From assembly GCF_009914755.1 (NCBI RefSeq), contig NC_060927.1: a stretch of 64,000 bases of DNA; one strand, 5' to 3'. Within the stretch, counting starts at the first letter, position 1, and each line of letters starts with the position of its first letter. Shown piece after piece: positions 55,317 through 64,000 of the stretch. The position numbers and the translations under genes are program-made. The stretch comes from the human T2T-CHM13v2.0 reference genome, Homo sapiens. Below the pieces are notes generated by a model, which worked only from the letters and a program-made list of their open reading frames with translations, was not told the origin of the DNA and searched no databases.

Positions 55317-57330
55317 TTACTCTATCTTGCAGATACTTGGTCCCTGAAAACAATCAGCATCTAAGCAGGGAAAGGTGAAGATGAGTAGGTTTCATTTCTC
55401 AGGCCAATGTTAATAGATCAGTACTGGCTGCCTTGGAAGCACCATGCTGAGAAGGACTCTGAGCTTACTGGTGTGCTCCTCAGGAAACAACACTGTAACT
55501 TATTAAATATGTAGGCCATGATTGATGCAATTATTTCTCAAAAAATAAAGTCAACTTCTGCAGCAGGAATTGATACCTTCCCTCTAAGACCTATTTGGGT
55601 AGTTAAGCTTCCTGCAATGGCTATTTTGACATGGAAAGCAATCAGAATATGTAGTGGATAAATACAGCTGATGATTATAATGAGATTATCTATTTGTAAT
55701 TATATATTTTAACATATAATTAAATAGTAGTTTCCCAAGATATGCTCATAACATTGGTGTGAAACTAGTACCTTCTAAATTTGTTAATATCTTCTAAATT
55801 TAATAGTTGAAATACCTTTATAACCTACATGATGACTAATAAATTACTAAATTATGTGCTAATTTATGACTAGAAGGCTTCTGAATCATTGTCCCAAATG
55901 GTGATACACTATGGAAAACACTAATTTTACACTGTATAGGTTTATATGATGGTTTCTATCCCATTTTTAAGCTTAACATGGAAAGGAAACAATGTGTTTG
56001 TGGGCTAACTTAAGAAATCCAAATGACTACAATAATAGCAAAGAGTTCAGGGCCTACATACAGTTTAAGACTGAAGATCTCTAATCATTGGTTAAGAGGA
56101 GCTACTTAGGCTTCTACTGACAATGAAATTGCTGAGTGGTTAAGAGAAGGGATTCTCACCTTGGGGAAAGCCAAAAGTCACAGACAGTGGAAGAAAAAAG
56201 AGATAAGGTAGAAAGTTGCTTTTAGCTCTCTGGGAGGTATAGTGATAGGGAAGTGCAGCAGACAGCTCTCAGAGATGATCATGGAGTTTACAAGGTCAGC
56301 CAGTCAACCAGATCATTTCATTGCAATTCTAAGTAGTAAGATAATAGAACAAAGTGGCTACAGCAGGATGAAGCAGGATTTAAGTAGGATTAGATCAGGG
56401 TTAGATGGGTAGAATATCTGAAGCTGAGGTAGTAAAAGGTAAGAAAGCTGAACTTGATTCAAAAAGATTTATACAATTTCATAATCCTAAAGTACATGCC
56501 AATATTTTTAAAAATTGCCATATTTAGTATGATCCATTTATTTTATCAAAAAGGAGCCAGTAAATTTTTGAATCTGTTTCTAATCTATATCAAAATACAT
56601 TAGTGAAAGATTTCAATCAATGCCAAGCACTGTACCATAATTCCAGTATTACATTTAAGAGTATATACTTTTAGGCCATTTTAAAGGTATGATTTTGAAA
56701 ATACTATTCAAATAGAACAAGTAACATCTAACTTAAAATCAATGGAAATATGAAAAGTGTAAATTAGGTATGTCAGCATAAGACTGTAAAGTGTGGCACC
56801 AGATATGGGTAAGCTACAACATTAGGACTGCAGGTGCCAAGATCAACCAGATAAACACTGATGTTATCTATAATTACCTCATTTTTAGCTTAAATCACAG
56901 GTAATGAGGGAACTCACGAGTCTCTAAAAGGCAATTACAAACTGTACTGGCTTTTTTGCTTCCTGTACCACGAATTTTCTAAAACTTACTTTTATTTAAA
57001 GCTTTTTTCTCCTCCATAATGAAACATCAGGGCATATCTCTTATACATAAATATATATAAAAAAACAGAATGCACAATTACACACAAGCTTAAAATGTAT
57101 TTTTTCATATGTCTAGGTGAAACATGTTATCATATGATAAGGCTCCACTGAAATACAGGTAAAGAATAGTTCATTGCCTAGAGGTTTGTTAAAATTACGG
57201 TCATGTTTTGATTCAGGTTTGAACTGAACTTTAAATTGAGAAACCTTGAGCCTTCACCTTAGTTTTCACAGGAACACAAAGAACTGAGTTAAAACAGTTA
57301 GTTAGGGACTGTCAAATATAATACTCTCCT

Positions 57331-57611
57331 TTTTATTATTTATTTATATATTTTTTGAGACAGAGTCTCACTCTATCGCCCTGGCTGGAGTGCAGTGGCG
57401 CTATCTCTGCTCACTGCAAGCTCCGCCTCTGGGGTTCAAACCATTCTCCTGCCTCAGCCTCCCCAGGTAGCTGGGACTACAGGCACCCACCACCACGCCC
57501 GGCGAAATTTTTTGTACTTTTTTAGTAGAGACGGGGTTTCACTGTGTTAGCCAGGATGGTCTCGATCTCCTGACCTCATGATCTGCCTGCCTCAGCCTCC
57601 CAAAGGGCTGG
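57331..57611 (-). mobile_element. AluY-like, 5'-truncated by about 30 nt, with TSD AATACTCTC...
   Basis: Y-diagnostic cactgcaagctccgcc and gtgttagccaggatggtctcgatctcctgacc; TSD at 57320 and 57612. Confidence 0.9.
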
Positions 57612-58397
57612 AATACTCTCTTCTTTAAAGGAAAAAACAAAACAAAAACAAACAAACAAAAAAACACAGGCATTATTTTCTTAAAAATACAGTGTGTAAG
57701 AGCTTCCAAATCCAGGGTCATATTAAAGTAGGTAAACTCAATAATCATACTTTAAAAAAGGAAACCAAGAAAAGCAGTATCACAAACTTTTTGATTTTAT
57801 AACAAGCTTTTCACTTTTAATTGTATTAATAATTTAAATATATGATAAACATAATTAGATTAATAATAAAGGACTGGCATTTAGAAATGAAGTGAGAAAA
57901 GGATCCTATACCAGCAATCTCTGTGAAGTTGTCTGGAGTAAGTATATTTTATATTCCATGGTTTACTCATGCTTCCTCTATAATTAATAAGGAAAAAATC
58001 CTCTCCCTGCAGACCTTTCCTACCTTCTTCCCACCCTCACCTCACCTCATTTACTTTGATATTTGCAATAACTGGCAAGGGCTTGATATCTAACATTCTA
58101 TAACATGATAAAGAATTTGCCTCACAGTCTGCAAATATAAGCCAATACTGTAAAGGAAAGGCTGGTAGAATAGAGAATAAATTACTTTCCAGTTATTTAT
58201 AAATAGACATTTATTTAGCGAAACCTGATGTCCTAATTAAAAGTCAATCCTATGACTTAAAGCATGTTTTCCAATAGTGTGTTGACTAACAGGGTATTAC
58301 CAAACAGAAATACATGTGTGCTTAAATACTTTCTCTAAGAAATATTAAAATCAATTATATTTTAACTGAATCCATCGTTCACTTTACAACCTCTAGA

Positions 58398-58603
58398 TGA
58401 GCACTAAGCAAGTAAACTTTCCGAGATGACAGAAATGTTCTACATCTGACTCCCCAATATGGTAAGCACTGACCATACATAGTTACTAAGCAGTTAAAAC
58501 ATGGCTAGTTGCAGCTGAAGAACTACATATTGTATTTTAATTAATTGAAATCCAAATTTAAATAGCTTCATATTGCCAGTAGTTCCCATATTGGACAGGG
58601 AAG
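58398..58603. mobile_element. MER3-like MITE
   Basis: aactttccgagatgacagaaatgttctacatctg...catattggacag. Confidence 0.7.
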
Positions 58604-59350
58604 CTTAAAATGTTAAGGATGGCAACAATTCACTCATAATACACATTCAATTTTTAAAGTAACAACTATAACGTTTCAAGGGCTATAAATATACAAGTGA
58701 TGCATACTCATATATAACTGGGGAAAGCAAACAAACATTAAAAGTTAAATAATACATGTGGTTAAATAAGTCAACTTAATTCCATAAGAGAGGTAACATG
58801 GCATATAATTATTCTAAATAAATGGTGCTACCAATAAGACTATTAGATATGGATATAATCTTTTCTTTTTCTTTCCCGTGTCTATCTCATTGACTCTCCC
58901 TGTGGTTTCTGTTTCTATCACTCCCTTCCCCTGCCTCCACCCACATTCCTTTTTTCACACACATACCTGAAAGTTAGAAAGGCAAATCTTTAGTGATGAC
59001 AGGGTCATTTCTATTGGTTACCCCAAAATGGTCAATGCTGGAAAGAACTAGACCCAAGATTTGGATCACGAACGTAATATAATCATATTCAGTAACAGGC
59101 TGGCTAAACAAACCTGGAAGGGACAATTTAAAATGAAGATAAATGGGCCATGGGATAAACTTTTGTTTAAAGTCAATTAAGTATTTTAAGTACTGCTTCC
59201 CTGTGGTAAGGTGGGGGGAAGGGTAAGAAGGCAATAGTAGTTATTTTGGAGATTGTAAGTTTATTACTGTGAACTGAACAAAATACATGAGAAGTTTGTG
59301 TCTAGATCTACGAAAGTTGAGCTATGCTGTTCAAGAGACCTTTAAGATTT

Positions 59351-60041
59351 TTTTGACATTTATTTTTTATTATTTTTTAATTATTATTATACTTTAAGTT
59401 TTAGGGTTCATGTGCACAATGTGCAGGTTAGTTACATATATATACATGTGCCATGCTGGTGTGCTGCACCCATTAACTCGTCATTTAGCATTAGGTATAT
59501 CTCCTAATGCTATCCCTCCCCCCTCCCCCTACCCCACAACAGTAACCAGAGTGTGATGTTCCCCTTCCTGTGTCCATGTGTTCTCATTGTTCAATTCCCA
59601 CCCATGAGTGAGAATATGCGGTGTTTGGCTTTTTGTTCTTGCGAATAGTTTACTGAGAATGATGATTGCCAATTTCATCCATGTCCCTACAAAGGACATG
59701 AACTCATCATTTTTATGGCTGCATAGTATTCCATGGTGTATATGTGCCACATTTTCTTAATCCAGTCTATCACTGTTGGACACTTGGGTTGGTTCCAAGT
59801 CTTTGCCATTGTGAATAGTGCCGCAATAAACATACGTGTGCATGTGTCTTTATAGCAGCATGATTTATAGTCCCTTGGGTATATACCCAGTAATGGGATG
59901 GCTGGGTCAAATGGTATTTCTAGTTCTAGATCCCTGAGGAATCGCCACACTGACTTCCACAATGGTTGAACTAGTTTACAGTCCCACCAACAGTGTAAAA
60001 GTGTTCCTATTTCTCCACATCCTCTCCAGCACCTGTTGTTT
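59351..60041 (-). mobile_element. Young 5'-truncated L1PA (L1PA2-like) with 16-bp TSD
   Basis: TSD GAGA(C/A)CTTTAAGATTT at 59335-59350 and 60042-60057; 3' UTR cccattaactcgtcatttagc (non-Ta). Confidence 0.93.
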
Positions 60042-60485
60042 GAGAACTTTAAGATTTAGAAGTATTTTTTTTTAATTGGAATGAGGTTTAAGATACAGTG
60101 TTCAACTACCCTGTTTTGGTTCTAATGGGTTGAGACACTTGGGCACGTCATCTGCATTAGTTTCCTAATCTGAAAAGGTAGCCTGGAAGAGTCTTTGAAA
60201 CGCCTTGAGATTATGTCAACCAAACTACTTCTATGTCTCTCTCAGAACATAACATCTATAATCATGGAATGAAAATTGTATCCGTATGTTCAGATACAAG
60301 GACATCTTTTACATTTCAAATATTCTGTCATTTGCAGGTTATTTTTTATTCCATAGCAGCTTTATTGATTTTCTTCATATTTCTAGGTACATAATACTCA
60401 TTCTCAATTGTATCATTGTCAACTATTTCATGATTAATTTTGTGTGATTTAAAGATTTTTAACCCTCAGTTAAAATTTTTGATCA

Positions 60486-60797
<312 letters not shown>

Positions 60798-60992
60798 TAT
60801 GATATACTGAATTTTTAAACTTTAGTACTATCAAATAGCAAGTACTATAAAATAGCAGTTCATGTAAAGTAACACTGTCACCACAATGAAATAGATACAT
60901 ATGTAAATACTGATGTTGTATGGGTCACATTAGCTGTCTTCATAGGTAAGGGCATAATTTTGTCACTGATGACTAAGTTCAAATGGGAAAGT

Positions 60993-61654
60993 TGTCAAAA
61001 TCAAAATGAAGTCACTTGTGTCAAACCCTAACAAAAGTACAGTTGGCCCTCCATACATGAGATTCCGCATTCATGGTTTATACCAACCACGGACTGAGAC
61101 TACAGTATTCTAAGGATGTCAAACTCATGGATACAGAGGGGCTGATTTTTCCTATCCTTTCCAATTCCCTAGAGCTGACTGCTGGACTTTGGTATCCATG
61201 GGGGTCCTGAAATCCATCCCCAAGAATACTGACAGATAACCATAAATAAAGACAGGTTTAGAAAGAAGAGCCCTCATGCACATACGCTGAAGAAATATTA
61301 CAAAGACTCTCTGAAGGGCTCTTATACACATACGTCTGTAACAAAAACTTTTGCCAATAACTTTCTAAACTGCAGTTTGCTACATAAGTACAAGGATAGC
61401 TAGCTGATGTACAAGAACACTTGCCAGACAAACTGTCTCCATTAATGAACTGGTGTTAGCTCCTGCAATAAGCCCCTGTAACCAAAGTTCTCTGTTACAA
61501 AATAAATTGTGTGTACTTTCCTCTCTTGTCTTTAAAAGCTTCCCCTTCCCTCAGCCTCTTTGGATATGCCTATGGTTCCCAAGGCCTGCATATCCCAGAT
61601 GTGCAAATCCCCTAATAAACTCAATATCTTTGGAGAATCTCTGTGTTTTTGACA
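60993..61654 (+). mobile_element. ERV1 solo LTR (MER89/MER90-like) carrying a nested Tigger-family MITE at 61040-61242
   Basis: TG...CA termini, AATAAA near the end, flanks AAGT/AACT; nested TA|cagttggccctcc...|TA. Confidence 0.65.
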
Positions 61655-61788
61655 AACTGAAACTTACCCATTCTAATATACTGCAAAAGAAATCTAAAAG
61701 AATGCATTGCTGAAGAGTGGAAAATGAAGACCATCTTTGTACATGTTGCTCGCCTCCCTGAAGCTCCTGCCCCAGCTAGAACACCTAG

Positions 61789-62171
<383 letters not shown>

Positions 62172-63829
62172 TTCCCCTAGTTCTTGATAAATGCCTCCAT
62201 TATAATACCAGTCATCATCTATGTTAGTTGCTTCCATGTTTTTCTCCCTGCTAGATCATGAGTGCCCCAAGGGCAGGGTCTGTGTTTAACTCCTCTTTGG
62301 GTCTTGAGGGTTTAGCACACTGGTTTGTCTATAATGGAAGTATAACAAAGATATACATAATGATGGAAGATAAGTTAGCTCCCTTGAACAAAAAAAAAAA
62401 ATAAAGATATAGACAAACGTTGAAAAAGCACTTGTGAAAAAGCTCTGGATTAAAAATAAAATGGGGAAATATAATTATTAACCACTACAACTTTGTGCCA
62501 AAAGACAACACAATCTGATATAAAAAAATAGGCAAATGTTAAATATTGACTCCTACTTAAATATCCTGTAGAAATTTCTCCCTTAAATCATTTGAGTCAA
62601 ATTGTTTATGAAATAGACAATCAGAAATTAAGTATTATATAGAGCTACTATATAATACTTAATTATTGGGACTATAAAGGAGACCAATGTGTAAATAAAT
62701 AAGCAAGATATTGGTGAATTTTTTTAAAAAAATTAACTATCCACTTATGAACCTTAATTCTATGCATTATTTTCTCAAATTTTTAAGTCTATTTTTGAAC
62801 CCTAATTCTATGCATTATTTTCTGATACTTCAGTATTACTGAGCAAATATTTAATTGACTTTGTATATTTCACCACTATATCCTAACTATATATTACAAA
62901 CAGTGATCCATAGGACTGACAGCAAGGCATTTCAACTGGGAACACCAGCAGGAAACAGAAGTGTGTCCAGGGGAAAGGACTCTCAGTGTTGATTGACTCA
63001 GAGTAGCTTATCCTCACATTTCAAATGTATGCCTGTCTTTTCAAAGATAAACATTTACACAGCCTTGGATGATCAGGCTTTCAGCTGACTATGTAAATAA
63101 ACAAACATGAAAAAAAATTTCCCCTAAAGCCTGGCAACAGATAACTAAAAGGGCTTGAAGGGGTTTCTAAAGGAAAATAACTCAAACTGTAACACGTATG
63201 CTCAAGCCAGTGTGGGTTGATAATTAGGGCTGTGAATGCAAACAAATCAGTTGACTTTTCAAAATAGAGGGTAACATTTTTTCAAAGCCTTAAGTAATCA
63301 ATAAATTAGTTCAGAGAGATTGTATATTATAAAGAAGCACAGATACTATCATAAAAATAATACGTTACTTCGAGAAGATGTATTCATCATTCAAATGTGA
63401 TTTTTCTTTACTCAAAAGAGCCTCCACTATGGAGATAAGAACAAAAGGTAATATTAAGACTCTGATTTCTAAAAAACAAAAAGGCTATACATTTTGTGCT
63501 CTCTGAAGTGATCATTTAACTGTAAAGGTCGTGATGCTTCTTGAACAAATCTAAGAACAAACAAGATGCAAGAAAATTTGATGAGATTAAATATAAGAAG
63601 CGATTATATAAAAGTTCCTCTTATATAATCTATAGGTAACCATAGATACATCTGATTCTTTACTCATTTATTGCCACTTTAGAACTAGAAAAAAAAATTA
63701 ACTTTCCTGAGGCAACGGCCAACTTTGTCAGCTGGCAGAGTTAATTACAACTTAAAAGAAATTTTAGAAAAGAGAGAGGGAAAGAAAAGGTGAAAAAAGT
63801 TAACAGTAGTTACCTACTATGTTTTCATG

Positions 63830-63990
63830 ACAAGGGCCAAGTACTTTACACATTTTACAGTTATGCTCTCTACAACTCAATAATACAGATGTTAACATTT
63901 CATTTTTATAGATGAGGTAATTAAGAATCAGAGAGGTTAATTACTTTGCCTAAGGTTACAGTGGTAGAGCTAAGATCTAGACTTTAGTTT
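63830..63990 (-). mobile_element. MIR
   Basis: cattttatagatgagg...cagagaggttaattactttgcctaaggttacag. Confidence 0.75.
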
Positions 63991-64000
63991 GTCTTATTTC

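Overview
Human (or very closely related primate) genomic DNA, AT-rich and repeat-dense, from inside TBC1D5, the Rab7 GAP and retromer partner, which runs on the minus strand. Nine internal coding exons can be read with consistent splice phases (109, 90, 75, 68, 103, 89, 51, 70 and 173 nt). By my recollection of the reference protein they encode about residues 56-332: the N-terminal LIR (WEEL), the NPL retromer-binding insertion, and both TBC catalytic fingers (IEQDVKRT, YKQGM). The rest is intron, containing about 14 Alus, L1/L2/MIR fragments, MaLR/ERVL/ERV1 LTRs, a near full-length Tigger1 and several hAT/Tigger MITEs. The most striking observation is that 44211-45835 matches, from memory, the cellular flanks carried by HIV-1 HXB2-derived plasmids and lentiviral vectors. 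That would make GTAGT at 44373-44377 the empty integration site (5-bp target) of that provirus. Other highlights: a GC-AG intron with a competing GT donor, a twin-primed inverted L1 with a probable 3' transduction and target-site deletion, a tiny polyadenylated MER57-type retrocopy, a young 132-bp tandem duplication, a strong CTCF site, an ancient LINE fossil, and an inverted-Alu-flanked exon cassette suited to circRNA formation. I found no convincing new protein-coding system. Repeat subfamily names and vector matches come from memory, not from searches.
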